From positions 55,118,001-55,182,000 of the forward strand of contig NC_043013.1 in the NCBI RefSeq assembly GCF_006345805.1: a stretch of DNA of 64,000 bases, in the 5' to 3' direction. Positions 34,496 through 46,660 of the stretch are shown one piece after another; position 1 is the stretch's first letter, and each line of letters opens with the position of its first letter. Below the pieces are notes generated by a model. That model had not been told where the DNA came from and made no database searches. It was given only the letters and a program-made list of their open reading frames with translations. The translations under genes were made by a program, and so were the position numbers. Source of the stretch: Octopus sinensis. Lineage: Eukaryota.

Positions 34496-37247
34496 TTCAT
34501 AACAGAAATTTTATTGTACTGTTTGTGTTGACTAAGTTTCACCTAAAAAAGTGAAACTAAAGACTTGCATTTGACAGATGTTTCACAATAAATGTGATTC
34601 AACTCTCAGCAATAAGTCACTTCATCAGTAAGTATTCTGATGTTATTCTTGAAGAAGCTTTAAAATAATAACCTTACATAAACAGCAATTTTATATCTTT
34701 TTCTTTGATAGAAGAAAAAAATTCTTGATTATCATAAATTTAGAAATAAGGAATGATTGCTTTGATCTTTAAATTTTTTATTACTCAGGATTTATTCCTT
34801 AAATCTTTGGTTAATAAAGGACTCACAGAATAAGTTCTTTCAAATTGTATCTACACCATTTTTATAATATTCTAGAAGTTAAGTTTATACAACTTATAGA
34901 TTTTCTCAAGATCATTAACTCACAACTGAATTTAAATGCTGGGCATGGCAACAGAAAAAGAATTTACTTATTTAGTTTTATATTTTGCTGGAAACAAGTT
35001 TGATGTCCAAGTTATTAGAATTCCAGAAACTGATCTTTTAGGCAAGAAAATTTGCCATCTTTATCAATAGATTAAACTAAAATGATTGGTTCAAATAAGT
35101 GATTTGATGTTGGAGAAGCAACTCAATTTCAATTTTGTATGTGCTTGGATTGGCTGCCAGTGGTTCCTGTCACAGACTAATTGCTTCTTGATTCAGGCAT
35201 TTTACACAATATATTGGAAGTCATCCAACTCTAAAATGTGTCTGCTGTCCATGAATAATAATCCATACTCAGTTAATTAAATTCTGTCTTTATTGGGTCT
35301 ATATCGTTAAGAAGGAAATTTTCCAAATGGACTTCAACATAAACAAAAAGCTAGACATTAATAGGAATCTCTCAAAGCAAGTTTATGCATGTAAACACAC
35401 ACACACATGCATGCACACAGGCACATTTGTATACATGCATAAACATTCAGTATTAATTCCCTTAAAGGCAACAACTTATAATGGCAAAGATTTTATTGAG
35501 AACATATAAACTTATTCCCTTCGCAAAATTGTTAATAACATTGACAAACTATCATTTCTTGTATAAAAATTAATTTAGCTTTAAAAAGAAATAGGAAAAA
35601 TATGGACCAAAAATCTAAACCAACTTAATCAAATTCCAATATCTTTGACACGGCATATTCTGATATATTCCATGTTTACATTTGGTTTCTATGAAGTAAA
35701 ACTTGCAATAATTTATTATATTGTTTATCCTATTTTCTCATATCCATTGCATTATACAATCCAAATGCTTTCATGTGTACTGTTTTCAAAGTATCATAGA
35801 CACACTTTATTGTGTTAACTTTTGGATTTCATTTGTTTTTACATTAGACACAATCTTTTTTACTGTTTAACTCAATGAGTTTAGAGGTAAAACATTTTAC
35901 ATTAGTTTTGGTTTATTGTACAAGCATTAGACAGGAAATACATTCGAAATTGGTTTTTTAATTTTCAATTTTCTATATTTTTTCACAGAAAATACTTCAA
36001 ACTTCTAAATTTCATAGTTCTTTCCAACCAAACCATTATAATTTTATGACAACAAAAGAATTTTAACATTCCCCCAACACCATATATTTTTAAGTAGCAG
36101 GTAAAAACATCTCTGTAAGCATTTTGATAGTTGAAAGAATTTTAGATATTGATATATTAGCGAATCAAGTTGATAGACAGATAGTTAGATAGCTAGACAT
36201 ACAGAGAGGTAGGTAGATGGACAGACAGTTAACTATATATAGACAGATAGACATACGGATAGAGGCAAACAGACAGACAGACAGACCAATTGGCAGATAT
36301 AAAAATAGGTAAACAGACAGATATACAGGCGGATAAACACAAATACGCTCAGCCTTTGAAGTGGATAAGAGATAAGTTTAAAGATCTTTTCAAAAAAAAA
36401 AAAGAAGAATTCAGTGCTATGAAGTAGCATAAGAATTTTAGAAATATTTTAGGGTGCAAGTGTAGTGTTAGAAGAATTCATCTCATGACTATTTGAAACA
36501 AATAAATTATATGAATTATATTTAATTATACTTCAAACAAAACACAGCAGTTATTATTTAAAAACTGTAGAAGAATTTCAACAAAATTTGCCTTAGGAGA
36601 ACTATCATTTCACTAAAAATAGAAGATTTTTCTCAAAATGCTTTTTTAATGCTAAACATGCAGAGAAAACTGTCACATAGAGGAATGGTAAAATAGAAGT
36701 TGCTTTCAGAAATGAATCTTTGTTTTCCATTAGTTGCTTCTCTAAAGAATGATAATAACCATGTAGAAATTATTATATGAGGTAGCTCTTTGGCTTTCTC
36801 TGAAAATATATGTTCCATAATGTGAATAACTGCACCAGCTACAAAACTAAAACAACTTATTGCACAAGGAAGAGAAAAATGGAAGATCTGCAAAAATGAC
36901 AGGAATATTTCAGTAGAAGATTCCATGTGAGTGATATTACTCTTCTTCTACACAAATATATACACATAGATGCACATGTGTCTATGTGCATGTATATATG
37001 TTCATCCCTGTCTAGGCAATGAAAGGTCTATGTATATTTTTGTTGGTTGTAATTATTCACACCAGTATGTAATTCCTCTCGAAGAATCTAATTTTTATTT
37101 CCCGAAGAGTTTTTTGTTTTTGTCTTTGGAATTAATTAGACTGAAACAATTTGTAGAATGTATATCGGTTCTGTACCAACTTGGATTATGAATTAAAGTT
37201 CGTCTACACCTACAACTTTTCCTTTCCTTACTTTTGGGATTGCCCTC

Positions 37248-37278
<31 letters not shown>

Positions 37279-37280
37279 TA

Positions 37281-38170
37281 TGAGGGTAATCCCCAAAGTA
37301 AAGTCTCCAAAGCACTGGGGTCACGTGGAGACTGTGCATGCATCTATTGGCAACACTGTTATGCCTGTTGCACATGCACCTGTCCCTGTGCATGCCTTGC
37401 TGCCACGCTCAATCTTGGCTTGGCAGTCATATCTGATGGAGCTTCCATTTGATGCTATCCCCAAGTGTGAACTTCATGCAATTATTTAGTTTTTGAACAC
37501 AAAAGGCATTAAACTGATTGAAATTCATCACCGATTAATGGAAGTGTATGGCGAGTGAGGCATGGATGTCAAAAACGTTCGCAAGTAGTGTAGGGAGTTT
37601 GCAGCTGGTCATACTGAAATTAATGATGAGGAAAGAAGCGAGTGACCATCAATTTCTGGTGAGACAGTTGCGAAGGTTAAGCAAATCCTGCATGAAAATC
37701 GGCAGATCACTTTGGATGATCTCCATATTTTGGTTCCTGAAGTTTCCCAAAGCACCATTCATAGGGTTTTGAGTGAAAAGTTGCAATATCAGAAGGTGTG
37801 CCCAAGATGGATCCCAAGAATGCTCACAGGTGACCATAAACAGCAACCCACCTTACAGTCCGGACTTGGCACCCAGTGACTATCACCTGTTCCTTAAATT
37901 GAAAGAACATTTGGCCAGAATGCGTTTCAGCAATGACGACGAGGTGAAAGATGAAGATCAACGCTTCCTCAACAACATGGTAGTGAGCTGCTATGACATG
38001 GGCATACAAAAACTGCCCCAGCGCCTACAAAAATGCATTGACCGAAATGGCAATTATTTAAAAAAAATAGATAAATGTTCAAATGTTAAAATGATGTAAA
38101 CATCATTGCCAATAAATATTTCTGTGATTTCTAAATAATTTTGGAGACCTAAATTTTGGGATTACCCTCC
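37281..38170 (+). mobile_element. Mariner DNA transposon, internally deleted and non-autonomous, inserted in (TA)n
   Basis: TIRs tgagggtaatccccaaagtaaagtctccaaa and ttggagacctaaattttgggattaccctc, enclosing a transposase pseudogene. Confidence 0.9.
37436..38070 (+). pseudogene. Mariner transposase pseudogene
   Basis: MELPFDAIPKCELHAII*FL...EIHHRLMEVYGE*...RWIPRMLT (HTH and WVPHEL-like linker) joins, with a frameshift near 37845, directly to PPYSPDLAPSDYHLF...GIQKLPQRLQKCIDRNGNY. Four in-frame stops; the first two catalytic aspartates are deleted. Confidence 0.9.
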
Positions 38171-38516
38171 GTCATATATGTGTGTGTGTGTGTGTGTGGT
38201 GTGTGTGTGTGTGTGTGTGTGTACATCAGACCATCATTGTCATTTTATGTCCTGTTAAAACTCTGACATGAGTTGGGTGTGTCCCCTACAGACTTTCATT
38301 ATTTGGCATACTGTCAGTCTCTGGTCTTGTGTATGCCATAATTTCTTATGCTCTTCTGAGGCATGCTATTATGGCATGATGCCTTTCCTATTACCACCTC
38401 ACGGGAGTAACTGGGTACTCTTCATCTCATGACAATATACTAAGAGTCCTCAGTACAAATGGTCCTTCAGTCCTGTATCAGTTCAATCATGTTCCCTTCT
38501 ATTTGTCTGTCTCTCT

Positions 38517-38571
<55 letters not shown>

Positions 38572-38609
38572 GTGTGTGTGTGTGTGTGTGTGGTGTGTGT
38601 GTGTGTGTT

Positions 38610-38825
38610 AGAAGGTTTGGAGATGATGTACAGGTATTTTATATTAGAACGAATGAGGTACTCAGAAATTCGGTTGGTTTTATATTTACAGATATTTATT
38701 TGTATATAACATGTTTTTATACATCAACTTATATCATATATTAGCACATTCTCCCATTCTAGTGGGGTTTTCAAATCGAACTAAGTTCCTGTGAAAAAGT
38801 TTTTACCATTTTATAGTGTTATTGA
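38610..38825. repeat. Unclassified interspersed-repeat-like segment adjoining microsatellites
   Basis: gagatgatgtacaggtattttatattaga...gaggtactcaga segment next to (TA)/(TG) tracts; class not determined. Confidence 0.3.
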
Positions 38826-39247
38826 GTGTGTAGTGGTGGGAAGGGATATAAGATAGCACAAGAGGGTGAGGAATGGGGAGAAAGTGAGAGAGAGAGAGAG
38901 CATGTGTGTGTGTGTGTGAGCATGTGTGTGTGTGTGCATGTGTGTCTGTGTGCATGTGTGGTGTGTGTGTGTTTAAGGAGGAATGGTCAAGTTGTTAAGA
39001 GTAATCAGTGCCACTTTTGTTTTTATTTTTTTGCAACTGTAAATGGTTTTTAGTTTTTAGAAATTGGCCATTTCAAAGAAGAATTGTCTGGAATTCTTTT
39101 TATTATTGTTTTGTGAAGGTGTGCATGAGTGTGCATGTGTGTGGGTGCCTGTGAATCTGGAAGGGGTGTCGGAGAAAGGAAAAAAGAAGAAAAAGAGGAA
39201 GAAGAAATAATTGTGTTGATATTACTACCACTATATATATATATAAT

Positions 39248-39285
<38 letters not shown>

Positions 39286-39623
39286 CTAAATGTTCCACTA
39301 TATCAAATTGTAAAGTGAAAGATTTGTCCTTCAATGTATGATGAGTAAAATTTCATAAAGTCCATACTTGAAAAAGAGACTCTCCTGTGTTGAATTTACA
39401 AATGACAGAATAGAAACTGAGAACTACTGAGTCTGTTGTCTGATCTTCAATTGATTTAGTCTAATATCTCACTGATTGACAGTTAAATAAATATTAAGTT
39501 TTATCATACAGGAGCAACTGGTTCCACAAGTTAAAGTGAAATGGCTTCATTCAAATATTAGGATAGCCTTTGTTCAATGTTGTATTTTCAAAAACCAAAG
39601 CATATGTGTAGGACTCTGTGTGT

Positions 39624-39663
<40 letters not shown>

Positions 39664-39723
39664 AATACAGTTTACTTAGCAATTTTGGTCCTTCATCTGG
39701 TACAGCTTATTATAGAGATATTT

Positions 39724-40187
39724 TCAGACATTCAATTTGGGGGAGAACTTAGTTATGAAATATTTTTCCATATTCCGCCTGAAAGAGATGTCGTTCTTCG
39801 GACATTTGTAGAAGGGAAAGATCTTAAATTTTCCTTCTCCACATGTAGCTAGGTGTTTACTCAGTGGTAGCTTGTGCAGTTCTTCCTGCCGGACATGTTG
39901 TCAGTGAATCCCGGCTCGCTGGCACAAAGAATTTCCAGTTTCACCTATGTAATCCTCCTTGCACGTGGGGCAGGTTATGCAGCATATTACGTTCTACGTC
40001 TTGCAGTTCATATCTGCATTTATTTTGAATATGTGACCACTTTTAAATTCCATTTATTTGTCTCCCTATATTTTGTTGGTAGGGTTACTGCAGATCCCAC
40101 ATCTACCATCTCCGCACTTTTTTACAAAGAATTCAGTTTTAGTTCCTGATGAGAATTTGGCTCTTGTTACATGTTTCTTTAGGTTTT

Positions 40188-40190
<3 letters not shown>
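39724..40190 (-). mobile_element. Penelope-like element GIY-YIG endonuclease relic (Neptune-like, with Cys-rich linker), truncated at (TA)n
   Basis: Single minus frame: [12 protein letters not shown]...[11 protein letters not shown]...MNCKT*NVICCITCPTCKEDYIGETGNSLCQRAGIH*QHV...SKHLATC...RRNMEKYFITKFSPKLNV*. Confidence 0.85.
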
Positions 40191-40235
<45 letters not shown>

Positions 40236-40488
40236 CATTATATACTATACATATATATACATATACATATATATATATACATATATATATACATATATAT
40301 ATATACATATATATATATACATATATATATATATACATATATATATATACATATATACATCATTATACATATACATATATACATATACATATACATATAC
40401 ATATATATATACATATATATGTATATATATATATGTATATATATTGTATATATAATGTATGTATATATATGTATGTATATATAATATG

Positions 40489-40549
<61 letters not shown>

Positions 40550-40665
40550 TATGTATATATATATAGGTATGTATATATTATAGTATATATATAGATAATG
40601 TATATATATTATGTATGTATATATATATGTATGTATATATATATATGTATTATATATATGTATGT

Positions 40666-40719
<54 letters not shown>

Positions 40720-40938
40720 GTATGTTATATATTGTATGTAATATATATGTATATATATGTATGTATATATATATATGTATATATATGTATGTATATATAT
40801 ATATGTATATATTATATGTATATATATATATAATATTATATATATATGTATATATATATATGTATATATATATATGTATATATATATATGTATATATATA
40901 TTGTATTATATATATGTACATGTATATATATGTGTATA

Positions 40939-40974
<36 letters not shown>

Positions 40975-41095
40975 TAGATAGATAGATTATGATATGTATA
41001 TATAAAAGTATATACACATACATATCTAAACAAATATATATATATATATATATATACACTCACTATATACACATGTATATACAAACATACATATT
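40191..41095. repeat. ~0.9-kb compound (TA)/(TACA)/(TATG) microsatellite
   Basis: Direct inspection; source of the 120-273 aa Y/I-rich ORFs. Confidence 0.95.
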
Positions 41096-41396
41096 TTTAT
41101 GTGTGTGTGTATATATATAAAACAATAGATAGATACTGTGTCAATCCACTACAGCTGTTTCCAACAGGTTTATAATTGATTAATGAAGAGATTGGATCAT
41201 TAGAAAACATTGTTTTTATCATGTCAGAACATGAAGCCAAAGATTAAAAAACACCCAAAGCCAACAGTTTGTAGCGCTTCATAATTCTATGACCAGTGCT
41301 GTGTTTACACATTTTATTTTTCAACCTGACCTATTGCCTTACCATCGAAGTACCAAATTCACTCAAATCATGATCTATTTTATAAACATATATATG

Positions 41397-41436
<40 letters not shown>

Positions 41437-41437
<1 letters not shown>

Positions 41438-41600
41438 GAGCACCCACTACACTCTCGGAGTTGTTGGTATTAGGAAGGGCATCCAACTGCAGAAACCTTA
41501 CCAGATCAGATTTGTGTCTTTTGCAACCTTCTGGTTTGCCATTCATCAGTCAAACTGTCCAACTCATGCAAGCATGGAAAGCAGACATTAAACGACGATG
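41437..41600 (+). mobile_element. RTE-LINE 3' terminal fragment
   Basis: gcacccactacactctcggag...ggaagggcatcca...gcatggaaagcagacattaaacgacgatga. Confidence 0.75.
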
Positions 41601-42362
41601 ATATATATGTATATACATACATATGTATATACATACATATGTATATACATACATATATATATACATACATATACATACATATGTATATACATATATATAT
41701 ATATATATATATACATATATATACATACATATGTATATACATACATATATATACATACATATGTATATACATACATTTATATATATATACATACAATATT
41801 ACATACTATGTATATACATACATATATATATATATATACTACTTATACATACATATGTATATACATACATAATATATATATTATTATATATATATATATA
41901 TACATACATATACATACATATGTATATACATACATAATATATATATACATATACATATGTATATACATATATATATATATATACATATACATACATATGT
42001 ATATACATACATATATATATATATATACATACATATACATACATATGTATATACATACATATGTATATATATATATATATATACATACATATACATACAT
42101 ATATATATACATACATATATATATAAATATATATATACATACATATACATATATATATACATACATATATATATAAATATATATATACATACATATACAT
42201 ACATATACATACATATATATATATAAATATATATATACATACATATATATATACATATATATATAAATATATATATACATACATATACATACATATGTAT
42301 ATACATACATATATATATAAATATATATATACATACATATACATACATATGTATATACATAC

Positions 42363-42393
<31 letters not shown>

Positions 42394-42456
42394 CATACAT
42401 ATACATACATATGTATATACATACACATACATACATATGTATATACATACACATAC

Positions 42457-42505
<49 letters not shown>
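41601..42505. repeat. ~0.9-kb compound (TACA)/(TA) microsatellite
   Basis: Direct inspection. Confidence 0.95.
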
Positions 42506-42507
<2 letters not shown>

Positions 42508-44969
42508 AACATATTTACAGATATACATACACTTGAAATCCGTAAGATGAATCTTTTCCATTTATTTAATCTATCTCAAAATTTCATGATTTTACAAAAA
42601 TAATGTGAAATGGAAGGACGTGGAGGTTCAATTAGATCGATGGGCTTAATAGCTGGATAGGTATATGCATGTAGAAATAGATGGATGGATAGATGGATGG
42701 GTTACTTTATAGACAGAGGAATTGATAGGTGGATGGATAGATAGTTAGAGAGATATATAGATGGATATATGGATGGCTAGAGATTGTCTACACATACACA
42801 TACACACAAATACCAATGCTTTAGGATAGACACTTTCTTTCTAAGTATTTCTTGCATGATAACACTAATTCAAACTTAGTGCCAGGATAAGTTATGTCTC
42901 AGTGACAGTTTCTGTATTAAAAAAAATCAAAATGGTTGCTTTTCTTTCTTTTATTTTTTGCAGTGTCACTTCTAAGTGATATATCTTCATGCCAAATGTG
43001 AAAATGCAACTGCTCTATTGAGAATTTAGTTGTTGTTTCCAATCTAATTTTATCATACACATTTTACAGAAGCCTTAAATTATGGGAAATAACATCTCAG
43101 TTCACCAAAATAAATAAGACATAATATATAGAAATAAAACAAATGCAGTTTGTTTTACTGGAAAGGAAGAAAAAATATATATTATTTTCACTTAATGATT
43201 GAAAGAAAAAACATTTTTTTCAAACATTAATTAAAAAAAAGTTATTAAATTCATTAAAGTAAATGAATGAAAATAGCTACATTTAGAACAGGGTTAAACA
43301 AGAATGAGGTAAATGATGTTTTCCTTCGATTTTTCTTCTCCAAGTGTTAATGTACTGCAATAATAATAATAATAATAATGATGATGATGATGATGATGAT
43401 TAGTTATTCATGAGTAAAAATAAAATTCTGAAAATGATCGTAGTTTATGCAATAAGTTTTTCCTTGAGACTTGTGAAAGAACAGCCCATTCCTTTTATAA
43501 GATGTATTTCAAGAACTTAATTAGTTTGTTTTTTTTGTTTTGTTTCTTTTAAGTAAAATCTGCTAGTTACAGCTTTTTATTCTCCTTTGCTGAGAATTCA
43601 AAAAAGATAGCATATGAAAGTAATTAGCTGTGTTCAGAAGTTTACCCCCCTCCAAAAAAAAAATGACAAAAAACATTTTAATGTAAGTCAAGCTTTTCTG
43701 AATGCAAATGAATTAAAATGAGCAGTGAAACTGTCTTGATCAATTCCAGTTTGATGTACAATTCCAATACATTCAACTATCAAGCATGTATTTATTAAGT
43801 GGAGCTGAAATGGTAGAAACAATCTTTTGTTGGTTTAATGATTCGAAAATTAATTTTTCAGATAGATATCTCCTAATTTCCTTCTCAAATTGTCACCAAA
43901 CCAAGCATCTTTTAAAGGTGATTAACTCCTTAAATCAACACATCACCATATTCTGCAGTAAATTTTAAAATTTCCTGTTTTGTCTTTTTTTTCTGCAACT
44001 AAAGATACCTTGATGTTCCTTGCCCAATTCTCTCAATCGAATATGTAACATCTAACAAGTTTTCTGCAAACACGATTATCTGATTATCACATTTATTCCT
44101 TAGAGAGCTCCATCTTTTATAAGCCATCTCAACAGTTGCTAGAATACAAAATTTATGGCCTCTACCAAGTTCTTCAATAAAAGCATCACTAAATTATATA
44201 TTAAAGGAGTGATGCGTATTTCTCATCTGCAACCATAAATCAACAATTGCCACAAGCTTCTCAGCTCTACACTGTTTATTGTGCTTCCAATATTACAACC
44301 AACACATCTTTGCTATTCAGTATATGACTCTTCTGATGACATAAATGTTTTGGTGTTATTTATAATTTATTGACCAATAAAAAATTTTCAGGACAATTTT
44401 GTAAAGCTGGAACATCACCACCACCACCATCATCATTATCGTTTGAACATCCACTTTTCCATACTTGTATGAGTCAAACAGAATATGTTGAGGTAAACTT
44501 TCTACAACTGGATGCTCTTCCTTTCACCAACCCTTGCTTGTAATGCCTGCTTCCATGCAAGAAGTTTCTATAGAAGATTCAAAATGACACTGCTTGTTTG
44601 ACAGGGACGCCCACTTACAACTACAATGTCATGCTAAAGTAAAGAAAGTCAATTCATCCACCCACCACACACACACACACACAATGGGCTTCTTCCAGTT
44701 TCCATCAGCCAAAACCAGTGATACGGTTTTTGTCAACCTCTGGTTATTGTGGGAGACATTTGGCCAAGGGTTGCATTAGTGGGACCAAACCCAAAACTCC
44801 ACGGTTAAGATGCAATGTTCTCAACTACATTGCCAAGCCTGTTCCTGCATTAATGAAAAAATTTTTTTTTTTTCACGAGCTGTGTTCGTTATTGGGTTTA
44901 ATTACAATGCCATTTCCATACTAAAATTGCTATATTACAATAGCTGTGACATCCAGTTAGTTATTGACT

Positions 44970-45119
44970 CACCCAATTATTATTTGCGGCTTATTATTTC
45001 ATCTACTAATTACTCATAGATTATTACCTCACCCCCTAATTACTCGTGCATTATTAGTTCTTCCATTAATTGCTTGTGAATATTTATTTCACCCACTAAT
45101 TATATGCAAGTCATTAGCT
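44970..45119. repeat. Diverged 30-bp minisatellite, 5 units
   Basis: cacccaattattatttgcggcttattattt / catctactaattactcatagattattacct / caccccctaattactcgtgcattattagtt / cttccattaattgcttgtgaatatttattt / cacccactaattatatgcaagtcattagct. Confidence 0.85.
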
Positions 45120-45579
45120 AAACTCACCTGTGTGCACTTTACAAACTACAAGTCGATCTCTATATTCACAGCAAACTTATCACATACTCTAGATTTCCAA
45201 CACAGCTCTGCAGCTGTTTTTCTATTCAATATTCCTACAATACACGAAACACTAACAACTTAAGCTCCATATAAACCATCTCGCTTCTTCAAATTTATGG
45301 GAGAAAACACAGACTGCGAGCAATATTCTTCAAATTCTGGCGTAAAGATAAAAACAATAAATAAGATAAATACAACAAAATAAATCCTAAACAATACTTT
45401 CATTCCTAACTGCAGAATCGTTTGATTTTCAATTGTTTTTCTTGGAGCAGTTTGTGTTTAGGAAAACATGACATGTTCTTTAATAATCTCGTATGATAAA
45501 TGTCGATCCTAGTTATTACTTTTACATTCACTCATTTAAATACTCATTCTTTGCCACTTATGCAAATCTATGTTCATGT

Positions 45580-45616
<37 letters not shown>

Positions 45617-46329
45617 AGCATATATATATATATATATATGTGCATGTGGAGATGTTTATATATTCACACATATATATATTTGCATCTGTATATACATCTG
45701 TACATATGTTTGTGTGTGTATTTCATCATCACCATTTATTGTTGTCTGCTTTCTCATGCTTGCATGGGTCAGATGTAATTTTTTCAAGCAGGTTTTCTAG
45801 AGCCTGATGCCATCACTGTTGCCAACCCTCACCTGTTTCCAAGAAAATGCTTCCCAATGATCAGATATGCTTGCACAGAACGTTGGAGATGAATGACACT
45901 GCTCGCATGACAATGGCACTCATTTAAAACTATTGCACAATGTCAAGGCAAAGAGGGAAACATGTACTCACTCATATATACCAGTGGACCTAATGTTAAA
46001 ATAATAAACATAACCATGACAATAGAAACAATCATGTGATCTGAACTATCGAATGGAGGCTTAAATATCTAAAAGCCATTTCAAATTTCTCATAAATTTT
46101 TTCCAACCTTGTTTCTGAACATTCAGTGAGATGGATGTGTCTTACACCCACAAAGCTTTAATATAGAGATGCATCAAACTGCTATTAAATACATTTAACT
46201 CCAGACAAATGTATTGAATGCTACTTTCTTTTGTTTGTTTACTTTGTAATATATATATATATACATACAGAGAGAGAGAGAGAGAGAACAACCTCAGAAA
46301 GCTCAAGCTTTCAGGTGAGATGATAAAGG

Positions 46330-46660
46330 ATCAAGATACCTGGTGCTTTGCCATGCTCAAGAAGACCTGTCCCCTGCAGCAGAAATGTTCAGACCAATCC
46401 TGCTGGTGGTGTAAAGCACTCATGGCAGTGCCATGTAAAAGTTCCTCTGTGGGGTCTATAAAAGCACCAATGTGGTGCCACATAAAAGCACCACCACATT
46501 CTGTAAAGTGGTTGGCATTAAGAAGAGTGTTCAACCCTAGAGACCATGCCAAATCAGACTGGAGTCTGGTGTAGGTCCCCAGCTTGCTTGTTCTAGTCAC
46601 ACTGTCCAACCTATGCCAGCATGGACAACAGATGTTACATGATGATGATGATGATGATGA
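46330..46660 (+). mobile_element. RTE-LINE 3' end fragment with (GAT)n tail
   Basis: gccatgctcaagaagacc...gccatgtaaaag...gtggttggcattaagaag...ctatgccagcatgg...gatgatgat. Confidence 0.7.

Noticed and set aside
37773-38099. SETMAR-like host gene
   Set aside because: No SET domain; flanked by TIRs, with stops and a deletion, so it is a transposon relic.
40146-40165. CTGATGAG hammerhead core on the + strand
   Set aside because: No downstream GAAA or stem III; it is the antisense of the PLE coding sequence RAKFSSG.
40058-42603. Long ORFs of 100-273 aa
   Set aside because: They are translations of TA/TACA/TATG microsatellites (Y/I/H/M/C/V only); the same applies to ORFs near 8.7, 9.5, 18-19, 38.5, 45.6, 59.8 and 63.9 kb.
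44970-45119. CRISPR-like array
   Set aside because: Contiguous diverged units without unique spacers, in eukaryotic context with no cas genes.
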